Source: Betaproteobacteria bacterium
GTDB taxonomy: Bacteria > Pseudomonadota > Gammaproteobacteria > Burkholderiales > SG8-39
Direction: 5' to 3'
Assembly: GCA_016177575.1 (NCBI GenBank)
Contig: JACOVA010000088.1
Location: forward strand, 1 to 41,269
Length of the DNA: 41,269 nucleotides
The position numbers and the translations under genes are program-made. The notes below the pieces were generated by a model. It searched no databases, had not been told where the DNA came from, and saw only the letters and a program-made list of their open reading frames with translations. Each line of letters begins with the position of its first letter. The first letter of the stretch is position 1. This document shows positions 31,516-40,569 of the stretch, one piece after another.

Positions 31516-32457
31516 ATGCAATTGCTTGCGCAGCTTCTGAAGCGGCTGCGCCGGGCCCCCGGGACGGCGCGACTGCCCGCCTCGGTGTCCGTGGGCATGG
31601 CGGCCCACGGCAATTCCGCTACCACGTGGCGGGCGCTCGACGCGCTGTTCGCCAGCGCAACGGGCGACTTCGAGCTGCTGCTGGTCGACGACCACTCGCC
31701 CGATGACACGCTGGCGATCTTTCGCCAGGCGCGCGACTGGCACGCCAACACCCGCATCTTCAGCTTCACGCGCAATCTCGAGTATTGCGAGAGCGTGAAC
31801 GCGTTCCTGTCGCACGCGCGCGGCGAGCGGCTGATTTTCCTCTCCAACGACGTCTACGCCTCGCCCGCTTACCTGCGGGAGATTCTCGCCACGGCGGCGG
31901 CGCACCCGGACTGCGGCATCCTGCGCGGCTGCTCCAACTTCGTCGACAACGGCTCGGCCGCCCATAACGTGCCGATGCACGGCTGCGAGACCCGCGAGGC
32001 GTACTTCGCCTTTGCCGAGGAGGTGGCCGCCCGCAACCGGGCGAGCCCGCTGCTCGACGATCGATTCCTGGTCGGCGACGCGTTCCTGGTCGCGCGGCCG
32101 GTCATCGAGCGCATCGGCACCTTCGATACGCGCTTTCGCGGCTATTACGGCGACGGCGATTTCGGACTGCGCGCGCGCATCGCCGGCTTCCGCGTCGCGC
32201 TCGAGCGGCGCGCCTTTGCCTACCACGACAGGGACGCCAACGTCGGCTACCTCGACGACGAGGAGGCGCGAAGGCGGAAGCTCGCGCTGCGCCACCAGCG
32301 GGTCGCCGCGGCGCTCGGCGAGTTCCTGCGCAAGTACCGCATCCCCATGGCCGAGGCGTCGGTGCACGACCTTCCCTGGGAGGAGCTGGCGCAGCGGCGC
32401 TTCGACCCCGCGCTGCACCGGGTCGCGCCCAGGGACTACTCGAGCTACCTGGTCTGA
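31516..32457 (+). CDS. Glycosyltransferase family 2 protein
   Basis: ELLLVDDHSPD, FLSND, IGTFDTRF..YYGDGDFGLRAR. The AGGAG spacing favours TTG31522 as the actual start. Confidence 0.82.
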   Translation: MQLLAQLLKRLRRAPGTARLPASVSVGMAAHGNSATTWRALDALFASATGDFELLLVDDHSPDDTLAIFRQARDWHANTRIFSFTRNLEYCESVNAFLSHARGERLIFLSNDVYASPAYLREILATAAAHPDCGILRGCSNFVDNGSAAHNVPMHGCETREAYFAFAEEVAARNRASPLLDDRFLVGDAFLVARPVIERIGTFDTRFRGYYGDGDFGLRARIAGFRVALERRAFAYHDRDANVGYLDDEEARRRKLALRHQRVAAALGEFLRKYRIPMAEASVHDLPWEELAQRRFDPALHRVAPRDYSSYLV

Positions 32458-32575
32458 GCGCTCAGGACGGCGCGGCGGCCCTCGATCGAGGCTAATGCGG
32501 TATGCTTCACCCCGGGAGGAGGAAGTTGCGCGGCCTGGCCTGGGGCGCGCGGCAATCCTCGTGGAGGAGGGTCAA

Positions 32576-33607
32576 ATGCACAGAACAATCAAGCTGGCGC
32601 TGATCGGCGCATTCGCCGTCAGCGCGATACCCGCGGCTGCGCAAGAGTTCAGCCTGCGTCTGCATACGCTGCTTCCGCCGGTGGCTGCGCCGCCCAAAAC
32701 CTTCCTGATCCCCTGGACCGAAAAGCTCGCCAAGGAGTCGGGCGGAAAGCTCAAGGTCGGCTTCTTCGGCCCCATGACGCTGGGCGGCACGCCGCCGCAG
32801 CTGGTCGACCAGGCGCGCGACGGCGTCGTGGACATCGTCTGGACCTTGCCGGGCTACACGGCCGGCCGCTTTCCGAAATCATCGGTGTTCGAGTTGCCGT
32901 TCCTGCACACCAGCGCCGAGGCGACGACGATGGCAATCCAGGATTTCGCCGACAAGCACCTGAAGGACGAGTACAAGGACTACCACGTCCTGCTGCTGCA
33001 CGCGCACGGCGGCTCGCTCTTCATGATGCGCGAAAAGGCGGTACAAAAGGTCGAGGACTTCAGGGGCCTTAAGATCCGCACCGCGACCTCGGCCGGCGCG
33101 CTGTTCTTGAAGACGCTTGGCGCGGTGCCGCTCGGCATGCCGGTGCCGGAGGTCGGCCCGGCCATGGCGAAGGGCGTGATCGACGGCACGATGCTGCCTT
33201 ACGAAATCGCGCCGTCGCAGAAAATGCAGGACTTGGCGACCTACTTCGTCACGCTCTCGGGGCCTCAGCCCAGGATGAACACCTCGATGTTCGCGTTCCT
33301 GATGAACAAGGCGAGCTATGCCAAGCTCCCGGCCGATCTGAAGAAGGTCATCGACGCCAACTCCGGCCGCAACCTCGCGCCGACGGCGGGCAAGAACTGG
33401 GACCAGATCGAGATCGGCGGTCAAAAGGTGATGGCCTCGAAGGACAAGAACAAGTTCCTGCAGATCCCGCCCGCCGAGGTGGCGAGGATGAGGGAGCTGG
33501 CCAAGCCGGCGCTCGCCCAGTGGGTCGCCGACATGAAAGCCAAGGGATTCAACGGCGACGAGCTGCTGAGGGACGCGCAGACGCTGATCACGAAGTACTC
33601 GAAGTAG
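32576..33607 (+). CDS. TRAP transporter substrate-binding protein (DctP family)
   Basis: Signal peptide, QARDGVVDI, FELPF, GLKIR (conserved carboxylate-binding Arg); strong GGAGG SD. Confidence 0.94.
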   Translation: MHRTIKLALIGAFAVSAIPAAAQEFSLRLHTLLPPVAAPPKTFLIPWTEKLAKESGGKLKVGFFGPMTLGGTPPQLVDQARDGVVDIVWTLPGYTAGRFPKSSVFELPFLHTSAEATTMAIQDFADKHLKDEYKDYHVLLLHAHGGSLFMMREKAVQKVEDFRGLKIRTATSAGALFLKTLGAVPLGMPVPEVGPAMAKGVIDGTMLPYEIAPSQKMQDLATYFVTLSGPQPRMNTSMFAFLMNKASYAKLPADLKKVIDANSGRNLAPTAGKNWDQIEIGGQKVMASKDKNKFLQIPPAEVARMRELAKPALAQWVADMKAKGFNGDELLRDAQTLITKYSK

Positions 33608-33648
33608 CCTGCGGCACGCCGTTTGACGGCGCGCAGTCCAGCCGCGGG
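33608..33648 (+). other. Intercistronic stem-loop between the dctP-like and dctQ-like genes
   Basis: Inner CGCCGT-TTG-ACGGCG hairpin within an outer CCTGCGGC/GCCGCGGG stem. Confidence 0.5.
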
Positions 33649-33649
33649 A

Positions 33650-34180
33650 ATGACGGAACAGGCAGCAAGCATCGGCCGGCCCGCCGATTTGGTGGGCCGG
33701 CTGCTTTTCGACGTGACGCGCATCGTCGCGCTTGCGGGCGGCTGCGTGCTCGCGCTCATGGCGGCGATGATCGCGGTGAGCGTCACCGGGCGCTCCTTCT
33801 TGCGCGCGCCGATCCCGGGCGATTTCGAGCTGGTCGAGATCGGCTTGAGCGTCGCCGTGTTCACGTTTCTGCCCTACTGCCAGATGGTGCGCGGCAACGT
33901 GATCGTGGATTTCTTCATGGCGCGCGCGCCGGTGCGCGCCAAAGCGTTCTTCGACGCGATCGGCAATCTCATGTTCACGGTGATCGTGGCGCTGCTGCTG
34001 TGGCGCCACAGCCTCGGTTCGCTGGACATCTACAACGCGGGCGAGACGACCATGATCCTCAGCGTCCCGCGCTGGTGGAGCTTTCCCGCCGCAGTCCTGA
34101 GCCTCGCGCTGCTGCTTGCGGTGTGCCTGTACACGCTCTGGCGGAGCATTCGCGAGATGCGTGCCGGCCGTTTCGAGTAG
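33650..34180 (+). CDS. TRAP transporter small permease (DctQ family)
   Basis: Four TM segments; PIPGDFELVE and GNVIVDF motifs. Confidence 0.92.
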   Translation: MTEQAASIGRPADLVGRLLFDVTRIVALAGGCVLALMAAMIAVSVTGRSFLRAPIPGDFELVEIGLSVAVFTFLPYCQMVRGNVIVDFFMARAPVRAKAFFDAIGNLMFTVIVALLLWRHSLGSLDIYNAGETTMILSVPRWWSFPAAVLSLALLLAVCLYTLWRSIREMRAGRFE

Positions 34181-34210
34181 GCCGGCGCACCGAGGACGGG
34201 GAGCCGCAGC

Positions 34211-35533
34211 ATGAGCGGGCTGGCAATCGGCGCGATCGGGTTTGTCGTCCTGCTCGTCCTGCTCGCGCTGCGCATCCCCATAGCGGTGGCCATGATCGCG
34301 GTCGGCATGACCGGGTACGTGGTCATCGCTGGCGACGTGGCGCTGCTCGCCTATCTAAAGACCGCCATGTACTGGCAGTTCAGCAATTTCGGCCTGGCGA
34401 TCATTCCGCTGTTCGTCCTCATGGGGCAGTTCGCCGCCAAGGCAGGGATGAGCACGGCGCTGTTTCGCGCCGCCAACGTCTGGCTCGGGCATTTCCGCGG
34501 CGGCATCGCCATGGCGGCAATCGGCGGCTGCGCCGGCTTCGGCTGCATCGCCGGCTCCTCGCTTGCGACCGCCGCCACCATGGGCCAGGTCGCGCTGCCG
34601 GAGCTACGCCGCTACAACTACTCCGGAGCGCTCGCCACCGGGGCGCTTGCGGCGGGCGGGACGCTCGGCATCTTGATCCCGCCCTCGGTGGTACTGGTCG
34701 TGTACGCGATCATCGTGGAAGCCAACATCGCGACGCTGTTCCTGGCGGCGTTCATTCCCGGAATCCTGGCCGCCTTGGGCTACATCGCGGCGATCGCCAT
34801 CGTGGTGCGCATCAACCCCTCGGCGGGTCCGGCGGGCGAACGTGCGAGCGCGCGCGAGCGCTGGCAGGCCCTGCTCGACATCTGGCCGGTGATGGTGATC
34901 TTCCTCCTGGTCCTGGGCGGGATCTACGTCGGCTTTTTCACGCCGAGCGAAGCGGCCGGCGTCGGTTGCGTCGGCACTTTCCTGCTCGCGGTCATGCGTG
35001 GCGGCATGCGCCGCCAGGGCCTCTTCGAGGCGTTGCTCGAGACCGCGCAGATCAGCGGCTTCATCTTCCTGATCCTGCTGGGCGCGGCCATCTTCAACGC
35101 CTTCCTGGGCTTCTCGGAAGTCACCCAGCTGGCGGCCCGCTACTTCGCGCACTCGGGGCTGTCGCCGCTCGGCGTCCTGCTCGGGATGGTGCTGCTGTTC
35201 TTCCTGCTCGGCATGGTCATGGATTCGCTGTCGATGATCCTGCTCACCGTCCCGGTGTTCTGGGTCATCATCGCCGGGCTGGATTTCGGCATGGATCCGG
35301 AGGACGTGAAGATCTGGTTCGGCGTCATCGCGCTGATCGTGGTCGAGGTCGGGCTGATCACGCCGCCGGTCGGCCTCAACGTCTTCGTCATCAACTCGAT
35401 GGCGCGCGACGTGCCGATGATCGAGACCTTCAAGGGTGTGGTGCCGTTTCTCATCTCGGACGGGGTGCGCGTGGCGCTGATCATCGCTGCGCCCGTGGTC
35501 AGCCTGTGGCTGCCATCGCTGTTCAAGGTCTGA
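34211..35533 (+). CDS. TRAP transporter large permease (DctM family)
   Basis: IPLFVLMG, GSSLATAATMG, GTLGILIPPS, FTPSEA, GLITPPVGLN. Confidence 0.95.
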   Translation: MSGLAIGAIGFVVLLVLLALRIPIAVAMIAVGMTGYVVIAGDVALLAYLKTAMYWQFSNFGLAIIPLFVLMGQFAAKAGMSTALFRAANVWLGHFRGGIAMAAIGGCAGFGCIAGSSLATAATMGQVALPELRRYNYSGALATGALAAGGTLGILIPPSVVLVVYAIIVEANIATLFLAAFIPGILAALGYIAAIAIVVRINPSAGPAGERASARERWQALLDIWPVMVIFLLVLGGIYVGFFTPSEAAGVGCVGTFLLAVMRGGMRRQGLFEALLETAQISGFIFLILLGAAIFNAFLGFSEVTQLAARYFAHSGLSPLGVLLGMVLLFFLLGMVMDSLSMILLTVPVFWVIIAGLDFGMDPEDVKIWFGVIALIVVEVGLITPPVGLNVFVINSMARDVPMIETFKGVVPFLISDGVRVALIIAAPVVSLWLPSLFKV

Positions 35534-35570
35534 GCGGGTTGCGGCGCAAACCGGGGTGCGGCGTCCCGCA
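35534..35570. terminator. Imperfect GC hairpin between the convergent dctM-like gene and hemH
   Basis: GCGGG...CCCGC closed stem with mismatches; no U-tract. Confidence 0.3.
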
Positions 35571-36512
35571 TTACGGCCGTGCCGGCAGCGCGCCGTGCTC
35601 GCGCACGATGCGCGCCATGGCATCGATCCATGCCGCGTGCTCGTTCAGGCAGGACAGGGCGCGGAATTCCCCGCCGCCCGTCTCGAGGAAGGTCTGCCTG
35701 CCCTCGATGGCGATCTCCTCGAGCGTCTCCAGGCAATCGGCGACGAAGCCCGGGCAGGCCACGTGCACGCGCCGGGTGCGCTCGGCGCCCAGCTGCCGCA
35801 GGATCGTCGCGGTGTAGGGCCTGATCCAGGCGGCGGCGCCGAAGCGCGACTGGAAGCCGACCCGGAAGCGCTCCTTCGCCAGGCCGAGCGCGCGGGCGAG
35901 CAGTTGCGCGGTGTGCATGCACTGGCGCAAATAGGGATCGCCGCGCTCGATCTCGCGCAGCGGCAAGCCGTGAAAGCTCATCACCAGCACATCGGGCTCG
36001 CCATGCTGCTGCCACTGCTCGCGCACCGACGCGGCAAGCGCGCCAATGTAAGCCGGGTGGTCGTGGAAGCCATCGATCATCGGCACGCCGCCGCCGACCG
36101 CGTCGCGCACGCTGCCGGTCGTGCTGCCGGAATACTGCGGATAGAGCGGCAGCACGACGATCTTCTCGCTGCCGGAAAGCTTATCGAGTCCGGATCGGAT
36201 CGTCGGCTCGCCATAACGCATAGCGTACTCGACGCTGATATCTTGTTTTGAAAGAAATGCTCTTAGCAAAACCGCCTGCCGCTGCGTATGCAGTGCCAAG
36301 GGCGAACCCTCTGCGGTCCAGATCGCCTGATATCTCTTTGCGCTGCGCGCGGGCCTTGTCCTGAGCACGATGCCGTGCAGGATCGGCAGCCAGAGCAGGC
36401 GCGGCAGGCGGACCACGCGCGGGTCGGCGAGGAACTCGGCGAGATAGCGCCGCACCGCGGCGGCGGTCGGCGCCGCGGGCGTGCCGAGGTTGACGAGGAG
36501 AACTCCGTTCAG
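35571..36512 (-). CDS. hemH: Ferrochelatase; probable CTG start
   Basis: GVLLVNLGTP lies upstream of the ORF-track start; LPLYPQYS, SFHGLP, FQSRFG, DCLETLEE; follows hrcA. Confidence 0.93.
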   Translation of the reverse strand: MNGVLLVNLGTPAAPTAAAVRRYLAEFLADPRVVRLPRLLWLPILHGIVLRTRPARSAKRYQAIWTAEGSPLALHTQRQAVLLRAFLSKQDISVEYAMRYGEPTIRSGLDKLSGSEKIVVLPLYPQYSGSTTGSVRDAVGGGVPMIDGFHDHPAYIGALAASVREQWQQHGEPDVLVMSFHGLPLREIERGDPYLRQCMHTAQLLARALGLAKERFRVGFQSRFGAAAWIRPYTATILRQLGAERTRRVHVACPGFVADCLETLEEIAIEGRQTFLETGGGEFRALSCLNEHAAWIDAMARIVREHGALPARP

Positions 36513-36522
36513 GGCGACCGGG

Positions 36523-37542
36523 CTACGGCTGGCTCAGCGCGCTCGAGAGCAGCTTGGCCGTGATGTCGACGATCGGCACCACGCGGTCGTAGGCCATGCG
36601 CGTCGGCCCGATCACTCCCACCGTGCCGACCACCTCGCCGTCCACCTTGTAGGGCGAGGTGACGACGCTCACCTCGTCGGGCGCCGAGACGCCGGACTCG
36701 CCGCCGATGAAGATCTGCACGCCCTCGCCGCGCAGCGACAGATCGAGGATCTGCACCAGCGAGGTCTTCTGCTCGAACAGCTCGAACAGCTGGCGCAGCC
36801 GGCTCATGTCCTGCGACAGGTCGTGCACCACGAGCAGGTTGCGCTCGCCCGAGATCACGTACTGCTGGTTGCCCTCGGCGACGGCCTGGTTGCTCGCCTC
36901 GAGCGCGGCGCTCATGAGCGCGATCATGTCCTGGCGCAGCTCGCGCAGCTCCTCGTGCAGGCGGCTGCGGATCTCCTCGAAGCTGTGCCCGGAATAATTC
37001 TGGTTGATAAAGTTGGCCGTCGATACCAGCTCCGCGGGCGAATAGTCGCGCCCCGTGAACAGGATCCGGTTCTGCACGTCTCCCTCCGGGGTGACGACGA
37101 TCAGCAGGATGCGCTTCTCCGACAGGCGCAGGAACTCGATCTGCCGGAAAGTGAGGGCGCGGCGGCGCGGGGTCATCACGACGCCGGCGAAGCTGCTCAG
37201 CTGCGACAGCAGCTGCGAGGCGGCGTGGATCACGCGCTGCGGATTGTCCGGATGCAGCTGGTCCTCGATCTGGTGCAGCTCGCCCGAGCCGAGCTGCTTG
37301 ACCACCAGCAGCGTATCGACGAAGAAGCGGTAGCCGAGCGGCGTCGGCACGCGCCCCGCGGAGGTGTGCGGGCTCGAGATCAGGCCCATCTCCTCGAGGT
37401 CCGACATGACGTTGCGGATCGTGGCCGGCGACAGGTCGAGCCCGGAATAGCGCGAAAGGGTGCGCGAACCGACCGGCTGACCCTCGGCGATGTAGCGCTC
37501 GATCAGCGTCTTGAGCAGGATCTGTGCGCGCCTGTCCAGCAT
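36523..37542 (-). CDS. hrcA: Heat-inducible transcription repressor HrcA
   Basis: [38 protein letters not shown]. Confidence 0.98.
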   Translation of the reverse strand: MLDRRAQILLKTLIERYIAEGQPVGSRTLSRYSGLDLSPATIRNVMSDLEEMGLISSPHTSAGRVPTPLGYRFFVDTLLVVKQLGSGELHQIEDQLHPDNPQRVIHAASQLLSQLSSFAGVVMTPRRRALTFRQIEFLRLSEKRILLIVVTPEGDVQNRILFTGRDYSPAELVSTANFINQNYSGHSFEEIRSRLHEELRELRQDMIALMSAALEASNQAVAEGNQQYVISGERNLLVVHDLSQDMSRLRQLFELFEQKTSLVQILDLSLRGEGVQIFIGGESGVSAPDEVSVVTSPYKVDGEVVGTVGVIGPTRMAYDRVVPIVDITAKLLSSALSQP

Positions 37543-37548
37543 AGGGAG

Positions 37549-37571
37549 ATTCTACACATAGCAGTTAGAAT
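37549..37571. promoter_or_regulatory. Back-to-back -10 boxes of hrcA and nadK
   Basis: TAGAAT on the minus strand (37554-49, 6 nt from the hrcA ATG) and on the plus strand (37566-71, 7 nt from the nadK ATG). Confidence 0.7.
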
Positions 37572-37578
37572 CCGAGCA

Positions 37579-38466
37579 ATGCAGCCCGCCTTTCGACGCG
37601 TCGCACTGATCGGCAAGCAGACCGCCGAGATCGCACAGTCGCTGCGCACGCTGCGCGAGCTGCTGCGCCAGCGCGGCTGCGAGGTGATGGTCGAGCGCGA
37701 GACGGCGGCCAGCGTCGGCGACGGCGGCGGGAAGGTGGCCAGCTACGAGGAGATCGGCCGCGGCGCCGACCTGGCGATCGTGGTCGGCGGCGACGGCACC
37801 ATGCTCGCGGCGGCGCGCAACCTGGTGCGCCACCGCGTGCCGCTCGCCGGCGTCAACCAGGGGCGCCTGGGCTTCATGACCGACATCGCTCTCGGCGAGA
37901 TGAACGATTCGGTGGGCGCGATCCTGGAGGGCCGCCACTCGGTCGAGGAGCGCGCCCTGCTCGAGGCCGAGATCCTGCGCGACGGCAGGTCGCTGCTGCG
38001 CACCGTGGCGCTCAACGAGGCGGTGCTGACCAAGGGCTCGCAGGCGCGCCTGATCGAGTTCGAGCTGCGCATCAACGGCGAGTACGTCTACACGCTGCGC
38101 GCCGACGGCGTCATCGTGGCCACGCCCACCGGCTCGACCGCCTACGCGCTCTCGGCGCAGGGGCCGATCCTGCAGCCGACGGTGGCCGCGTTCGCGCTGG
38201 TGCCGCTCAATCCCCACGTGCTGTCGGCGCGCCCGGTGAGCGTGAGCGACCGCAGCGAGATCGAGATCGGGCTGGTGCGCGCGCTCGACGCGCGCGCCCA
38301 TTTCGACGGCTTCGCGCTCACCGACATGCACGAAGGCGACCGGCTGGCGCTGAAACGCTCGGCGGACTCGATCCGCTTCGTGCATCCGCCCGGCTACAGC
38401 TATTTCACCATGCTGCGCGAGAAGCTGCGCTGGAGCAAGGCGATGGGGAGCCGGCCGGAAGACTGA
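37579..38466 (+). CDS. nadK: NAD kinase
   Basis: GGDGT, GRLGF, ALNE, ADGVIVATPTGSTAYALS. Confidence 0.97.
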   Translation: MQPAFRRVALIGKQTAEIAQSLRTLRELLRQRGCEVMVERETAASVGDGGGKVASYEEIGRGADLAIVVGGDGTMLAAARNLVRHRVPLAGVNQGRLGFMTDIALGEMNDSVGAILEGRHSVEERALLEAEILRDGRSLLRTVALNEAVLTKGSQARLIEFELRINGEYVYTLRADGVIVATPTGSTAYALSAQGPILQPTVAAFALVPLNPHVLSARPVSVSDRSEIEIGLVRALDARAHFDGFALTDMHEGDRLALKRSADSIRFVHPPGYSYFTMLREKLRWSKAMGSRPED

Positions 38467-40118
38467 TGCTGCGCGCGCTGGCAGTGCGGGATTTCGTGAT
38501 TTTCGAGCGCGTCGAGCTCGAGACCGGCGCCGGCTTCACGGTGCTCAGCGGCGAGACCGGTGCCGGCAAGTCGATCCTGGTCGACGCCATCGAGCTGCTG
38601 GTCGGCGGTCGCGGCGACGCCGCAGTGGTGCGCGAGGGGGCGGAGCGGGCCGAATTGTCCTGTGAATTCGAAATCAGGAATAAAGCCCGGCTGGAGAAGA
38701 TGCTCGCGGACGCGGGCCTCGAAGGCGATCCCGGGACGCTGATCCTGCGGCGCACCATCGACCGCTCCGGCCGCTCGCGCTGCTTCGTCAACGGCCATGC
38801 CGCGACGCTCGCGCAGCTGAAGGCCGTGGGCGAGCACCTGGTCGACATCCACGGCCAGCACGAGCACCAGTCGCTGCTGCGCCCGGCGGCGCAGCGCGAG
38901 CTGCTCGACGCGCATGCCGGGGCGCAGGAGCAGGCGCGCGCCTGCGCCGAGGCCTGGCGGGCGTGGCAGAGGCTGGAGGCGCTTGCGCTCGAGGCCGAGC
39001 AGCAGTTCGCGCGGCGCGAGTCCGAGCGCACCGAGCTCGCGGACAAGGTCGCGGAGCTGAAAAGGCTCGCCCTGAAGGACGATGAATGGGACGCGCTCGC
39101 GGCGCAGCACCAGCGGCTCGCGCACGGCTCGAGCCTGCTCGCGGGCGCGCAGTCCTCGCTCGAGGCGTTGTCCGAGGCCGACGGCGCCTGCCTGCCGCAG
39201 CTGTCGGCGGTCGCGAGCCGGCTGCGCGCGCTGTCGGAGCACGACGCGCGGCTCGCCGCGATCGTCGCCATGCTCGAGTCCGCGGAGGCGCAGGCTGCGG
39301 AGGCGGCGCGCGAGCTGCGCGGTTACGCCTCGCGCATCGACCTGGACCCCGAGGCGCTGCGCGAGGCCGAGAGCCGCATCGAGGCGCTGCACGCGGCGGC
39401 GCGCAAGCACCGCGTCAGGCCGCCCGAGCTTCCGCAGCTGGCCGGGCAGCTCGCGCTCCGGCTCAAGGAGCTCGAGCTCGCCGCGAGCCCGGAGGCGCTG
39501 CAGCGCGAGACCGCCGCGGCCGCGGAGAACTACGGCGCGGCGGCGAAGCGGCTCTCGGCGAAGCGCAAAGGCGCGGCGCTGGCGCTCGGGCGCGAGGTGA
39601 CGCAGGCGATGCAGGGCCTGGCGATGGCGGGCGGGCGCTTTTCGATCTCGCTCAGGGCGTTGCGCGAGCCGGGCAGCACGGGCGCGGAGGAAGTCGAATT
39701 CGAGGTCGCCTCGCACCCGAGCCTGCCCTTGCGGCCGCTGGCCAAGGTCGCCTCGGGCGGCGAGCTCTCGCGCGTCAGCCTGGCGATCCAGCTGGTGGCG
39801 GCAAGAGAGTCGCCGGTAGGCACGCTGGTATTCGACGAGGTCGACTCCGGAATCGGCGGCGCGGTGGCGGAAACGGTGGGGCGCTCGCTCAACAAGCTCG
39901 GGCGCGAGCGCCAGGTGCTATGCGTCACGCACCTGCCGCAGGTCGCCGCCCAGGGTGACGATCAATGGTCGGTGACGAGGACCAGCAGCCGCGGCAGGAT
40001 CGGCTGCAGCGTCACCAGGCTCGGCCGCGCGGCGCGCATCGAGGAGCTGGCGCGCATGCTGGGCGGATCGGCAGCCACCGCCCGGCGCCACGCCGCCGAG
40101 CTGCTCGACGCCCGCTAG
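38466..40118 (+). CDS. recN: DNA repair protein RecN
   Basis: [16 protein letters not shown], coiled coil, [20 protein letters not shown]. Confidence 0.98.
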   Translation: MLRALAVRDFVIFERVELETGAGFTVLSGETGAGKSILVDAIELLVGGRGDAAVVREGAERAELSCEFEIRNKARLEKMLADAGLEGDPGTLILRRTIDRSGRSRCFVNGHAATLAQLKAVGEHLVDIHGQHEHQSLLRPAAQRELLDAHAGAQEQARACAEAWRAWQRLEALALEAEQQFARRESERTELADKVAELKRLALKDDEWDALAAQHQRLAHGSSLLAGAQSSLEALSEADGACLPQLSAVASRLRALSEHDARLAAIVAMLESAEAQAAEAARELRGYASRIDLDPEALREAESRIEALHAAARKHRVRPPELPQLAGQLALRLKELELAASPEALQRETAAAAENYGAAAKRLSAKRKGAALALGREVTQAMQGLAMAGGRFSISLRALREPGSTGAEEVEFEVASHPSLPLRPLAKVASGGELSRVSLAIQLVAARESPVGTLVFDEVDSGIGGAVAETVGRSLNKLGRERQVLCVTHLPQVAAQGDDQWSVTRTSSRGRIGCSVTRLGRAARIEELARMLGGSAATARRHAAELLDAR

Positions 40119-40549
40119 CCCAATGCCTTCCTGAAGGGGCAGTCCTGCTTGGTGCAGTCGGCGTACATGGCGAGCGAATGTCCGCGCAGCTCGAAGCCGC
40201 GGTCGCGCGCGATCTCGTTCTGCCGCTTCTCGATCTCGCCGTCGTAGAACTCCTCGACCCGGCCGCACTGCAGGCACACCAGGTGATCGTGGTGCCCGCC
40301 CTGGTTGAGCTCGAACACCGCCTTGCCGGTCTCGAAGTGCTGGCGCGCGAGCAGCCCGGCCTGCTCGAACTGCGTGAGGACGCGGTAGACGGTGGCAAGA
40401 CCGACGTCCATGCCTTCGGCGAGCAGCGCCTTGTACACGTCCTCGGCCGACAGATGGCGCACCTTGCTCGTCTCGAACAGCTCGAGGATCCTGCGCCGCG
40501 GCAGGGTCGCCTTGAGGCCGATTTCCTTGAGGCTCTGGGCGGTACCCAT
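40115..40549 (-). CDS. fur: Ferric uptake regulator
   Basis: [25 protein letters not shown]; divergent from bamE. Confidence 0.97.
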   Translation of the reverse strand: MGTAQSLKEIGLKATLPRRRILELFETSKVRHLSAEDVYKALLAEGMDVGLATVYRVLTQFEQAGLLARQHFETGKAVFELNQGGHHDHLVCLQCGRVEEFYDGEIEKRQNEIARDRGFELRGHSLAMYADCTKQDCPFRKALG

Positions 40550-40563
40550 CGATTATCATTATA
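40545..40563 (-). promoter_or_regulatory. Fur box overlapping the -10 box (TATAAT) and start codon of fur
   Basis: Minus strand TATAATGATAATCGATGGG matches GATAATGATAATCATTATC at 13 of 19 positions. Confidence 0.6.
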
Positions 40564-40569
40564 GGACTT

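Noticed and set aside
31480-35570. Genomic island or mobile element
   Set aside because: No integrase, transposase, tRNA or direct repeats, and the composition matches the host.
30880-37580. CIRCE element for HrcA
   Set aside because: No TTAGCACTC-N9-GAGTGCTAA is seen before hrcA, grpE or dnaK; grpE and dnaK carry sigma32 promoters instead.
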